Shown: piece by piece, positions 21,226-32,682 of the stretch
How positions within the stretch are numbered: the first letter of the stretch is position 1
How the letters are laid out: each line of letters starts with the position of its first letter
Program-made: the position numbers and the translations under genes
Source: Lepidodermella squamata
Taxonomy: Eukaryota > Animalia > Gastrotricha
DNA length: 64,000 nt
Assembly (NCBI GenBank): GCA_047495785.1
Contig: JBLDXI010000026.1
Span: forward strand, 1,240,001-1,304,000
Direction: 5' to 3'
The notes under the pieces: generated by a model
What the model was told of the DNA's origin: nothing
The model's database searches: none
What the model saw: the letters and a program-made list of their open reading frames with translations, nothing else

Positions 21226-23130
21226 TCAAAGACTTCGCGTAAATTTTTCAATAAAAATCTGAACGTCACTCGAGTTAGGAAACCAGGTGAATAAAAATTT
21301 GCAGCAGTCAAAGAAGTAAGCCTCAGACTCGGCGTCGAAAAGCACCGGTGCCGATGAAACATCGACAATGCCGCAGTGGCAAGACGCCGCAAATAGTAGA
21401 AGCCCTGCCAGTGTCCATTCAGTGGGCAGAAGAGCCGTATTCTGGGCGGTCAAGTCGAAGGTGGCGACCAGGCGGCGAAAAACGGCGTTCACCTCTGAGA
21501 TGTTGTTCAGAAAGGCGACGAAATCGACGAGAATCGACAGTTGTTGATCGGCATATTGCTGGCGACGTTGAACTAGCACGTTGAAAGACCGTAAACAGCT
21601 GCTGCTAAGCCGCTCGATTGCTATACCTTCTCGGATCTACAAAAAATCGTTAAATAATAATTTAATTTATTAATTAATGGAAAAAATTCAAAATCTACTG
21701 CGAAAAACCGTCAATATCAATATCAATATCAATAGACTTACACGTCTCTGGTCAAGGTAATCAACAGGTGGTAGAATAACGTCATCCTGATCAGGAATTT
21801 CGACAGAAAGTTGGTCCGCCAGCTCTTGTTCTTCCGATTTTTCACCAATTTTAGGTTCGTCTTTGAACTGAACCTTCTTCTCTTGACGCTCGGCCTTCTC
21901 GCCAAGGAAAAACGCTTGAACTCTCGCCTCAAATTCGCGCTGCTCTTCGGTCAATAACCGCTCGCGATTAGCAATAACCGCAGCCAAATCTGGCTCAGTA
22001 ACTAGTTGCGTTACAACATTTTCAGCTTGCACGGGTTCAATCATTGGTGGCGCCGGAATTCCTGCGTCAATATCGCCGGATTTTTTCGTATACCGAAACA
22101 GTTTCATTGTCTCAGCAGTTTTCCATTGTTTCAGCGTATCGCAAACACGAACCCAATCTTCTAGGGTAAGCTTGATTCTCTTATGAGAGGTAAGTTGCTC
22201 CGATTTAACGCCGTCCAAATTATTTGGTAGAGACGATAATGGGATAACTTGAACCTTTTTGAACTGCTCCTGTTTCGCGGGCGATTTCGATTTTTGAGCT
22301 ATGTAATCCAGAGAATCGACAGAATCATTGTCTGACAAATCACTTTCTTCCTCATGTTCACCCTCCAATGTAAGCGTCGAGCCTTGAAATTGGCTAGATT
22401 GGGTATCCGACGGGTACGGATCGTCATCACTGTCCAAATCTTCAGTGGCGACCGATTCAGAATCAACATTTCTGCGTTTCACGTTTGATTTTAGGGATAA
22501 CGCATTTAGCTGAGCTTCTAAGATCGATTCTTGATCCTGATTTGGTAGTTTCACAGGCGACTTCGAATCGAGCTTGCGGTCGTCTGGCTTCAAAAATGTT
22601 ACGCTGACTTTGAAATCAGATCCGCGATCCCAACATGCATCAGTTGGAACTTGTTCAGCCACATGGCGCGATGCAGTAAAACAAAATCCAGAGCAAAATA
22701 CCTGAAATCAAAGCTGAAAGCTGTTCAAAATTCAGCTAAACTCAAACTCTTACCTTGCGCTTTGTAATATCGTAAACTCTCTTTTGCTGAAGATTGATTT
22801 TGAATTTTCCTTGAGACTAAACGAAATAATGACAAAATGCTCAGAATTAGGATTTCAATCTACCTTGTCGATTTTATGAGGTTTCCCGCAAAGGGGATAG
22901 GCACACATTCCGGCTAGCAATCGTTCTTCTTCCAAATTAAGATAATGCCGAGGTTCGACGTGACGAATGAATTTTCGAAGGTGATCTTCGGAAATCGAAG
23001 GAACATCAGCTAGCGAGGCGACTAAAGCCAAAGCTCTTCTTTCAGCTATCATCTTTTTGTCAGGCTTAATAGGCATTTCATATTCATCTTCATGCGGTGT
23101 AATTGAAAATGATGGTTCCCAGGTAGACAT
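21226..23130 (-). CDS. RPAP2: RNA polymerase II CTD phosphatase RPAP2/Rtr1 (exons 23130-22864, 22816-22754, 22701-21742, 21636-21226)
   Basis: HYLNLEEER...CAYPLC, KFKINLQQKRVYDITKRK and FCSGFCFTAS form the Rtr1 zinc-finger domain. All three introns are GT-AG, phase 0. Confidence 0.9.
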
Positions 23131-23191
23131 TATTAAATTTAAAAAACTAGTAAGATTTAAATGAAAATTGAGCGTTTAATGATAAAAACAA

Positions 23192-24296
23192 TTATGAAAG
23201 CTTGACATTATAGTCCGTAGTAAATTTTTCAACAACTTCTTCATCTTTTTGTGGCACAACTTGCGCGCTTTTATCTTTGATTATCGTATCTCGAGACAAA
23301 TTCTCGATTACATTCCGCCCCTTTTCGGTGCAGATGGCTAGGTTTTGAGCGAAATTCTCCAATGTCCAATGTTTGTCCAACAATGCGTCATCAAGGGTGA
23401 AAGGGCCTTGTTGAATACGCCGAATTTTCAAGCAGCAAGCCGAGCTTTTCACTCTAGCCCCTAGATTATGAACTAAATCCGCTAAATAATGCGTTGATTC
23501 ATTAATTGCATGAATTTCCAGGGCAAAATTCGGTAAATCGAATGACACGCATTTTATGCCGTAGATAACAGGTGGTGTATCAGTATTAGGTGGTCGGATA
23601 AAACCGCTGCAGGCAAGCCGGTAAGCCTCGGGTGAGGACATTCGAGGCACTCCTGCATAAGTATACATAGCTTTTTGATGCTCCGCTTGAAGGCTGCTCA
23701 ACACTTTATCGACTCTGACTCGAGAAACATTTTTCCAGGCAGTTTTTGCGATTGTTTTACCAGCCACGGTTCCATCACTTGTGGCCCGGCCGAAAAATGC
23801 TTCGATTCGATATACTCGCATCATCAGGCAACTGGCAAGTTTCTTCGATAAAACGCCATGTTCGTTCATTCCAATCACTAGAAAAACTCGTATAATTTTT
23901 CAATTTCGAATTTTGATTACTAACCTTGCACTCCTGATGAAAATATTGACAACGGATCAACGGGTGAACAGTCAAATTCGTCCAGCTCAAATGGAGGACC
24001 AGTGACTGAAAAACCGAGGTTCAACACACATCCCTTAAGCTCATCCGCAAAATACCTAGCTCATGACTGGTTAAATCAGGCTCAACTGAGACCAAAGGCT
24101 TGCTTCGACCAACATTCTCGTCGTGAATACGGATTAAACTGCGAAGTGGCGCTTGTTTCTGAGCAGCCGCGGCTTCTTTTTGAAGTTTCAGCTTTATGTT
24201 GTTCAGCGTCAACGATATCGACTGGTTACTATTCTTATACACACAGGCCAATCCAGCATAGGTTTCAATAATAGATCGTTTAACAATGTTGGCCAT
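23192..24296 (-). CDS. TRUB2: Mitochondrial pseudouridine synthase TRUB2-like (exons 24296-24056, 24005-23925, 23877-23192)
   Basis: Motifs GLACVYK, HELVTGP, SSGVQVIG, FGRATSD, PVIYGIKCVSFDLPNFALEIHAINE and IRRIQQGPFTLDDALLDKHWTL are typical of TRUB2. Confidence 0.85.
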
Positions 24297-24374
24297 CTAG
24301 ATGAAAGTCAAAAAGGCAACTCAATAATCACAATGAGCACATTTTATTACATGTAAAATATAAAAATGAATATC

Positions 24375-25796
24375 TTATTGATCGGAAGGTTGGGTCACGT
24401 GACTAGCAGACAGTCCAACATTAGCGATTCCCGTCAAAAAGCTAGGCTGAACCGGTGAACTGCTGGTTAAAACTGAGTGATTAGCTGACTGAGATCCGCT
24501 GATTGAGCCGTGATGAACCAAAGCAGTCGACCGAGAGCGAAACATTTCGAGAAGAATAGGGCCAACGCCTTGCATGAAACGCTGCCATGATGGTATGAGA
24601 GATGTCTGAAATTTCAGGTCGATTTGCCTTAGTTCGGTGAGAAGTGTTTCGAAGTCTTTCATTGACCAGCCGGCTTCGAAAGACGGCTCCACGACATCAT
24701 CCATGAGATCGACAAACAGGTCTCGAACTTCTTTAGCGCGATTCAATTTCACTGCTATGCCAACAAGCGACCGTACCGATTCCCGAATCCAATCATAATG
24801 ACCCTGAGTAGATATCAAACCACGACTGGCCGCGCGAGAATTCCAAATTCGAGTGGCCGCGTCGAGATTTTCTCTTTCCAGGAGGATGCGAAGCTCTCGA
24901 AGCTCTTGCACGAATTCTCGATCGAAATCGAGGTCAAAATCGTCGAGATTCCTCGAATTTGACGCACTATCCTGACTCGCGCTCATAGGGACATCTTTGC
25001 CCGAAGATGGTGGACAAACGCTGAGGTAAGACCATTGATCAATCAGACACCTAGCGAAATAAAAGAAGGCTTGTCCATTTAATGACGAAAGCCCTCGCCG
25101 CCTAGCTGCTTCGAAGCGATGCCGACATAAGAATAAGACGCAAGTATATTGCCAAGCCAGATTCAAAGGCAAACATAAAAATGTGCCCAAAAAACTAACA
25201 GTGGTTTGTGGGAAGCATTCCGAATTGGAACTTCTGCCACCAACCGGTGTAGAACTGGTAACGGGTCCAGTGATTTGGATTCCACTGGAGTTTCCTGAAT
25301 TGTTAATCATATCCTCCAGGAACTTGCTAGCTCGGCGAATGTTATCAAATTGTCTGCGACAAGACCGTATTGGCACAGCTGTTTTCTCGCTGACGTCATC
25401 AAGATCTTTGCGGTCGGTTTTGGCGAGAGGCTTGCGGCCAAGAAATTCTCTGACAACATTAGGGTCAAAGGAATAGTAGCGCTCAATGAGGGCCAGTTTC
25501 ATCTGCTCAGTCAGCGCACCGAAAAGAGGAGAAGAGCGCAGGAAAGCAAGGGGTTGGTGAAAATGCGGTTCAATTAGACCGAAAATTCGATAAAAATCAG
25601 CCACTTCCCCGATGACTCCTTCCTCGATGACACTCAGAGGCAACTCGCCACGTATACCAGATGCCTGGGATGTTTCATACGCTACTCGCCGCTGAACAGC
25701 TTCTTCCATCTCGATGCCCTCCACCCACCATTCAAATAGTTCCAAGTCAACTTCGAATTGGAATGGGACAAATGTGTAAACTTCTTGCCCTGCCAT
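24375..25796 (-). CDS. FIBP: Acidic FGF intracellular-binding protein, intronless
   Basis: LIERYYSFDPNVVREFLG...RKDLDDVSEKTAVPIRSCRRQFDN and KEVRDLFVDL are FIBP family motifs. Confidence 0.9.
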   Translation of the reverse strand: MAGQEVYTFVPFQFEVDLELFEWWVEGIEMEEAVQRRVAYETSQASGIRGELPLSVIEEGVIGEVADFYRIFGLIEPHFHQPLAFLRSSPLFGALTEQMKLALIERYYSFDPNVVREFLGRKPLAKTDRKDLDDVSEKTAVPIRSCRRQFDNIRRASKFLEDMINNSGNSSGIQITGPVTSSTPVGGRSSNSECFPQTTVSFLGTFLCLPLNLAWQYTCVLFLCRHRFEAARRRGLSSLNGQAFFYFARCLIDQWSYLSVCPPSSGKDVPMSASQDSASNSRNLDDFDLDFDREFVQELRELRILLERENLDAATRIWNSRAASRGLISTQGHYDWIRESVRSLVGIAVKLNRAKEVRDLFVDLMDDVVEPSFEAGWSMKDFETLLTELRQIDLKFQTSLIPSWQRFMQGVGPILLEMFRSRSTALVHHGSISGSQSANHSVLTSSSPVQPSFLTGIANVGLSASHVTQPSDQ

Positions 25797-26781
25797 CAGA
25801 ATGTAGCTAACTTTCCTTTAAAAAGATGAATCACAATTATAGGCAAAATTTTTACATTTAGAAACGGTAGATAGCAGAAAGCGTCAAGCGTCTCTGTGAC
25901 AATGAAATAAAGGAAGCAACCACACAAGCTTTTTACTGTCAACCTTTCGCCTTTCGCATACAAAAGTATCAAGAAGTTCAACCTAAGTTTTGTCAGTCCA
26001 AGTTCGGAGTCGCAGTTTTCGATTTTTTTGTAGATTTTTCGCGCCAAGAATCATTTTACTTTGATTGTAATTGAATCATTTGTTACAGATAGATTTTTAT
26101 ATATTAATTAAGGCAAACAAATCACAACACAAATTAATTTTTGAAAATGTTTTTCCGCGGTATTTTAGAGGGTCCCTGATGTTAGTCAGGCGACACCTCG
26201 TGTTGCATCAGCCAGGAGCCAGGGGCTCTCGGATATGGAAAGTGGAAAGTGGAAAGAGGGACATTTTGTAGTAGGTGGTGATATGGAGTGTTGATCCTTC
26301 AACCCCGGCCCTTGAAAATAGGCGCCTTGAAAATAACAGGACTTCGTAAAACTTGAAAACTTCGGTTGATTCGTTGTTGAACGATTGCCCCAATTAAAAC
26401 TTGAAACATTAAATTAGTAGTAATTTCTCAATTCCTAATTCATGGTTGGTCCAGTATCAAGCCTAAGCTTGGTCCCGTCTAAAGTTCTCGTTCTCAATAG
26501 AAACACTTGCGGCGCTGATACTTTTCGACGGCTCTATTTTTTCATGGCTTGATGTATATTCTGTTGTTTTCCAACCGATGCTTTTCCACCAGATACCTTG
26601 TAGATGCGAATGTTTCTTCGCGATGCAAGAAGCTTGGTGATTGAGAAATGGATGGGCTTAAGCGACTTTACTGACTTCATATTATTTCGGCTGCGAGCCG
26701 CGAGCCGCTAACCTCACTTTTAATGACGCTTTAAGCTGACGTCTGTTTCCTTTGTCATTTTAGGCTTGTGGAAGTTTTCTG

Positions 26782-28554
26782 ATGCCAAAAGTGGATGTCT
26801 GCAGCACTCTCGAGTTTAAGGAAGGGGATGTTAAGGAATATCAACTACTTGAAGGGGCGTTGAAGGTTTTGCTTTACCGTTGCGATGGGAAGTTTTATGC
26901 TACTTCATCAGCTTGTACGCATTATGGAGCGTCGCTGATAAAAGGTTCAGTAAATGGTTGTAGAATCCGGTGTCCTTGGCATGGCGCTTGCTACAATCTC
27001 AAATCAGGAGACATCGAGGATTTTCCCGCATGGAGTCCATTAAAATCATATCCTGTCGAAGTGGAGGATGATAGAGTTTCAATATTTGTCGAAGGTGCAG
27101 TTCCTGTTGTGGGGAAATTGATTGATGAAACTAAAACCATTGTCGTCTTGGGAGCTGGAGCAGCAGGTTTTACAGCTACTCAGACGCTAATGATAATGGC
27201 TACGACGGGCGTATATTATTGATAACTCGTGAAAATCTACTGCCGTATTATCGCGTGAAGCTCTCGAAGCAACCCGATATGGATCCTGTTAAAATAATGC
27301 TTAAACCTGCCGAATATTTCAGTGCCATGAATGTCGAAATTCTTCTGAAAACTGATGTTACTAATTTTATCCCACATGAGAGCACTGTTGTAATTGATGT
27401 ATTTACGAAACTGCGATATTCTTCGTTGGTTTTGGCCACTGGAAGTCGCCCGAGAAAGCTTTCTTCTTCCGAGGTAAGTGATAACTTTTCTTCCATATAG
27501 AGTGCTTAACGGCTTTGATGGTAGGCTGTACCCGGAGTCCATTCGATCCGCACCAGTGACGATGGAAAAGCATTTGCTTTGGACGCAAAGGATAAAAAAC
27601 TGATAGTCATCGGATCAGGATTCATTGCTTTTGAAATTGCCGCCTCGTTCTCGCGTCAATCGAAACATGTTACTGTTATTTCCAAAGAAAAAGCCCCAAT
27701 AGAGAAACTATTTGGCGAAAAAGTTGGCCAAGTTCTGCTTCAAATGCACAAAACTGCAGGCGTTGATTTCATCCCGAATTCGTCTGTTGTTGAGTACAGC
27801 CTTAATTCGGGCGGTAAATTTGCTGGTGTAAAGTTGTCTGATGGAAGGCGAATCGATGGAGATGCCTGTTTAGTTGCTATTGGAGCCGAACCCGAGACGG
27901 AATTTTTGAGGAGCTCAGGTCTTGACATGGACAATAATGGCTACGTACTTGTAGATGAGGTGAGAGTTTTTTACATTCGTTAGTTTATTGTTTTACACCG
28001 CGTCAAGCAAATATTTGTTCTCACAGTTTTCTCATTCATATAGTTTTTTCACGTTTTTTGCTCCCTAAAATTTTGCTTCTGTTACTTTTCAGTATATGAG
28101 AACCAACTTTCCTAATGTGTTTGCGGCTGGCGATATCGCTTCCTACTACTTGCCGCTAAGTCTAACCAAAGGCGAACGCATGCGAGCATCTTTCGGCCAC
28201 TGGCCACTGGCCCAAATGACAGGGAAAATTGCGGCTCTTAATATATTGGGAAAACGGACCCCTTTCAACACTGTTCCGTTTTTCTGGGCGACTATGTATG
28301 GAACTAATATTCGATACAGTGGTTACAACGCTTCAGGTTCGACTGACGACGTGATCATTCATGGCGATCTCGAAAACCGAAAATTTATCGCTTATTATAT
28401 GGATGGCGACCGGGTATGCGCTGTTGCAACCATGGGAAAAGATCCGTTGGCTTCTCATTTTGCGGAGCTATAGACTAGTGGTGGCCAACTGATGCGAAAA
28501 GATATAGTCAATGATGAAAACGCTTCTTGGTCTGAAAAATTCAATTCTCGTTGA
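26782..28554 (+). pseudogene. AIFM3-like Rieske/FAD oxidoreductase, disrupted tandem copy
   Basis: Contains Rieske CTHYGA/CPWHGA and GAGAAG motifs, with introns at 27474-27524 and 27960-28092. There is a 1-nt frameshift at ~27190 (QTL / DNGYDGRILLIT) and an in-frame TAG at 28471-28473, after which homology to the intact copy continues to TGA at 28554. Confidence 0.8.
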
Positions 28555-28808
28555 ATTCTCTTGTGTTTTCCTCTCGTAAAATCTCACTGAAGTGATATCA
28601 AATTTTTGTTGAATGATTACTGCTCATTATTAGTCGATGGCTGTGATAAATCAAAATTTCCTTTAGATATTGCACAATTTTTACCTTATTATCATAAATT
28701 CATTCATTTATTTGCGAATTTTATTTATAATGGTGTTAAACATCGTTTCTGGATTTAAAAATTGCTTATTTTATTTTAGGTTATCATTAAATTATTACCT
28801 GTTTCACC

Positions 28809-30471
28809 ATGAAAACCTTCGAGGCTTGCGCTGTTACCGATTTGAAGGGCGGTCAGCTGAAAGATTTCCAGCTCGATGAAGATGTCAAAATTTTGCTGCT
28901 GCACAAGGACGGGAAATTCTACGCATCTGGCACGAAATGCACCCATTACGGAGCACCCTTAATTAAGGGATCCCTCTGCGGAACGAAAATTCGCTGCCCG
29001 TGGCACGGAGCTAATTTCGACCTGACGACCGGTGATATCGAGGATTTTCCGGGCTGCGATTCGATTGCGAGTTATCAAACTGAAGTCAAGGACGGAAAGG
29101 TGTTTGTAACCCTCGACCCGGCTGTTGCTAAGGACGGAAAGCGTCCGTTGAAACTCGCGGCTTACAAGCCGACGGAAGATAAGCGCACCTTTATCGTTAT
29201 TGGCGGGGGTGCTGCTGGGCAAATGGCGGTTCAAACGCTGCGAGAAAACGGTTACCAAGGCAAACTGATTTTGATCTCGGCAGAGAAGTACCTGCCTTAC
29301 GACCGAGTCAAGCTGTCGAAGCAACCCGATATCGACCCTGCTAAAATCGCCCTGAAGTCTGCGGATTTCTATAAAAATGCCTCGGTTGAGCTTGTTATGG
29401 GTAAGGCTGTGAAAAAGGTTGACCCGTCTGCGAAATCGGTGGCGTTGGAGGACGGAACTTCGTTCAAATACGACGCCATACTTGTCGCAACTGGCGGAAA
29501 GCCGAGGACCATGGATAATGCGAAAGACATTAAGGGAATTCATGTTTTGCGGTCGCCCGATGACGGCAAAGGCCTAATTGAAGCCACCAAGGACAAAAAT
29601 GTCGTTATCCTCGGCTCTGGTTTCATCGGACTTGAGCTCGCCGCTGCTCTGGTGAAACCATCAGCCAGCCTGCATCTGATCGGCCGTGACCCGGTTCCTC
29701 TCCGCCAAGTTTTCGGTGAGAAAATCGGAAAATTGCTGCTTAGTATGGAGGAGAATAACGGAGTCAAGTACAAAAGCGGTGTTACGATCAAAGATTTCCA
29801 GTCGGCAAAGGGTGTTTTGACCGGCGTTGTCCTCTCGAATGGCGAAACACTTCAAGCTGATGTTTGCCTGCTGGCAATCGGTGTCGACCCTGCCACTGAT
29901 TTCATGCGCGATACTGGCGTTACTATGGACGCTCAGGGCTACATCGAAGTCGATGATGTTAGTTGATATAGAATATTTCATCATTAAATATATTTTTATA
30001 ATTTTTCAGCGCATGCGCACTAATGTTGAGGGAATTTACGCCGCTGGAGATATCGTCAATTTCCCACTGCCATTGAACGTCACCGGTGGTGTTGCCCGTA
30101 AGACCCACATCGGTCATTGGGGCTTGGCTCAGAATATGGGCAAAAGCGCGGCTTTAAGCATGTTGAGCCTCGAAAAAGCTAAATTCACCACCGTTCCATT
30201 TTTCTTCACGATGCTCTACGGCAAGGGTATTCGTTTCGGCGGTGATTTGAGCGCCGGGTTCAGCGATGTCATCGTCCACGGTGATATGGAGAAATTCACC
30301 TGGGTCGCTTATTTCATTGAGAATGGCGATTCGAAACGTGTTTGTGGCGTTGCTACTATGGGAATGGACCCAATTGCCAGCCATTTCGCCCAGCTGGTTG
30401 GTTCAGGCCGCCAGTTGACCAAGTCTGACATTGAAAGCGACGACAAAGCTGCCTGGGTCAGCAGGCTGTGA
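28809..30471 (+). CDS. AIFM3: AIFM3-like Rieske [2Fe-2S] + pyridine nucleotide-disulfide oxidoreductase (exons 28809-29957, 30010-30471)
   Basis: Motifs CTHYGAPL, RCPWHGANF, GGGAAG, LPYDRVKLSK, GSGFIGLE, YAAGD and VPFFFT; one GT-AG intron; C-terminus ends in SRL. Confidence 0.9.
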
Positions 30472-30789
30472 AGGGGTTCAAATAGCCTCCTTAAAACTTT
30501 TAATTAAAAGACTTCGCGAACAATGAATTACTGCCTTATTTTTCCGCTTATATTTGACTTGAGTGTTTTTATCGGAACATTATGTTCGAAATCGGTGGCC
30601 TTACTCTCTTCAATGTGATTTCGCTTTTTTGTCTCGTAACAATCGTTCATTATGCATCTACTCGTGCATTTTTAACTAGTTCTCTCATCTCGCTGCGTTT
30701 ATTGGTTGTAATCACGATTTTTGCGCTTTTAATTATTCAAAGCAAGATCGATTCGTAAATAATTTTGTTCTATTCAATAGGCCATTTAT

Positions 30790-32592
30790 ATGATTCCGGA
30801 AAAATCAATCAGATGGCTCAAGAAAAAGCGAGCGAAATTTCTGGCGAAACTAGCGGACTCAGCCGCTGACGACAGAGTTTATTCGTTGATAATTGACGAG
30901 AAAAATCCTTCGAAATTTCTGCTCCTGGCAAATGCGGGTCTCAGCAACGGATTGAGCCAGCTCAAAATTCGTGAAATTCTGAAGTCAGATTCGGCGAAAA
31001 TAACGCTGCCTTTCAATCGGAATTATTCAATCGCAGAGTTTGGCGACGAAAAGTCTGCCATCGACGCTTTTACTCACCTTAGTGATCAGCAAACGAGTAA
31101 TGGGGATATTTTCCCTTTCTTCCTCCGATCTATGGTCAATTTTGACATTGTTAAGGTGGAAATCGACCCTCCCTCTGGATTGAAATTGATGGATAACTTC
31201 CTGAGTGAGGAAGAGGAACTGCTTTTGTTGAAATTTGTCGACGATCTGAAAATCTCGAAACCAATTGATTCTACTTTGAAACAGCGAAAAGCCTGGCATT
31301 TCGGCCATATTTTCGACTATTCAATGAATCAAGTCAAGTTTGCGGAGTCGAATCCGTTACCTGAGTTCTGCGCGCAATTTTTATTCGAAAAATTGTTGAG
31401 AGAGAAATTGGTCACTGAAGAGCCTGATCAACTGACTATAAATGAGTACGACCCGGGTGATGGAATTCCCTATCACGTTGAATCACATTGTTTTGGTGAC
31501 GAAATTGTTTCAATAAGTTTGGGAAGTCCCATAGTTATGGAATTGAGGAAATCTCAGTTGGACGATCGGCGATTGGTCTCCCTCCGTCTTGAAAATCGAT
31601 CTGCCTTGTTGCTATCAGGGGAATCGCGGCAAAATTGGGAACATGGAATTCCGAGCCGGAAAACCGAAGTTGTAGTTGAAAAAGAGGACGGCAGCTATTT
31701 GAACGTATTTGATCTGCCGAAAACAGACCTGGTAATACCCGAAAACGGCTATAACTTCGGCACTTTGATTAGGCAACGTCGAGTCTCGTTCACCTTTCGG
31801 AAAGTTGTTCAAAACCAGCCTGAACCCGAAAAAATTCCGAGCCGAGTAATTCTGCCTGATACTCGTGTTTTGGAGCAGAATTACGTTAAGGAGGTCTACG
31901 AAGCTGTCGCGCCAGATTTTTCATCAACCCGCCACACTCCTTGGCCCAAAGTCGCCGATTTTGTCCGGTCTCTAACAGAGGGTTCGTTACTTGCGGATGT
32001 CGGATGCGGAAACGGGCGGTATTTTGCTGTGAATCGCGACATTTTTACGATTGGTTGTGATTTTTGCGAAAATCTTCTAAAATTGGCCGCGCAGTCTACC
32101 CCAAAATGCGGTGTTTTAGTCAGTAATTGTTGCAATTTACCCTTTCCTGATAATTCTATGGATGCTGTGATATGCATTGCGGTTATTCATCATTTAGCCT
32201 CGGAGGAAAGACGGAAACAAGCGGTTGATGAGCTATTCCGAATTTTGAGACCAAGCGGCCGAGGCTTGATTTCAGTATGGGCGGTTGAGCAGTCTGATGA
32301 GTCGACTGGGTCAGCCTCGAATTATGTCGCCAATCGCAAAAACTACGATGAAAATAACGTGGAAATGGTGAATGTTGATGGGGTAACGTTACCAGTCCAC
32401 AAACCTCGAACACCGTTCAACCCAAACCGTCGCGATTGTTTTGTGCCATGGAAGAAAAATTCGTATCGTTATTACCACGTGTTCAAACGCGGCGAGTTGG
32501 AACAGCTTTTCGATCATTTGAATGGCAAAGTAACGTTTGCTCAAAATTATTTTGACGACGGCAATTGGTGTGTGGAATTTGTTAAATCTTGA
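30790..32592 (+). CDS. ALKBH8: tRNA wobble-uridine methyltransferase/hydroxylase ALKBH8 (RRM + AlkB + Trm9-like MTase), intronless
   Basis: Motifs LLLANAGLSNG (RRM), PDQLTINEYDPGDGIPYH, WEHGIPSRK, RVSFTFRK, FSSTRHTPWPKV, DVGCGNGRY and RYYHVF. Confidence 0.92.
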   Translation: MIPEKSIRWLKKKRAKFLAKLADSAADDRVYSLIIDEKNPSKFLLLANAGLSNGLSQLKIREILKSDSAKITLPFNRNYSIAEFGDEKSAIDAFTHLSDQQTSNGDIFPFFLRSMVNFDIVKVEIDPPSGLKLMDNFLSEEEELLLLKFVDDLKISKPIDSTLKQRKAWHFGHIFDYSMNQVKFAESNPLPEFCAQFLFEKLLREKLVTEEPDQLTINEYDPGDGIPYHVESHCFGDEIVSISLGSPIVMELRKSQLDDRRLVSLRLENRSALLLSGESRQNWEHGIPSRKTEVVVEKEDGSYLNVFDLPKTDLVIPENGYNFGTLIRQRRVSFTFRKVVQNQPEPEKIPSRVILPDTRVLEQNYVKEVYEAVAPDFSSTRHTPWPKVADFVRSLTEGSLLADVGCGNGRYFAVNRDIFTIGCDFCENLLKLAAQSTPKCGVLVSNCCNLPFPDNSMDAVICIAVIHHLASEERRKQAVDELFRILRPSGRGLISVWAVEQSDESTGSASNYVANRKNYDENNVEMVNVDGVTLPVHKPRTPFNPNRRDCFVPWKKNSYRYYHVFKRGELEQLFDHLNGKVTFAQNYFDDGNWCVEFVKS

Positions 32593-32682
32593 CGAAATAT
32601 TTTGCTTTGGGAACTTTAATCACCGTATTTTTTTGAATAGGTTCATTTTTAATGAAATTTGAACTTGGACAAATCAAATCAA

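Noticed and set aside
26190-26640. (TGGAAAG)3 and adjacent GC-richer stretch as a retroelement end or ncRNA
   Set aside because: No recognisable protein motif, TIR, TSD or RNA family signature could be established by eye.
27180-28473. Programmed frameshift or stop readthrough in the first AIFM3-like copy
   Set aside because: No slippery heptamer is present, and two independent lesions next to an intact paralog are more simply explained by pseudogenisation.
26782-30471. Horizontal transfer of a bacterial Rieske ferredoxin-reductase
   Set aside because: The domain order and motifs match the animal AIFM3 family, and the genes have spliceosomal introns.
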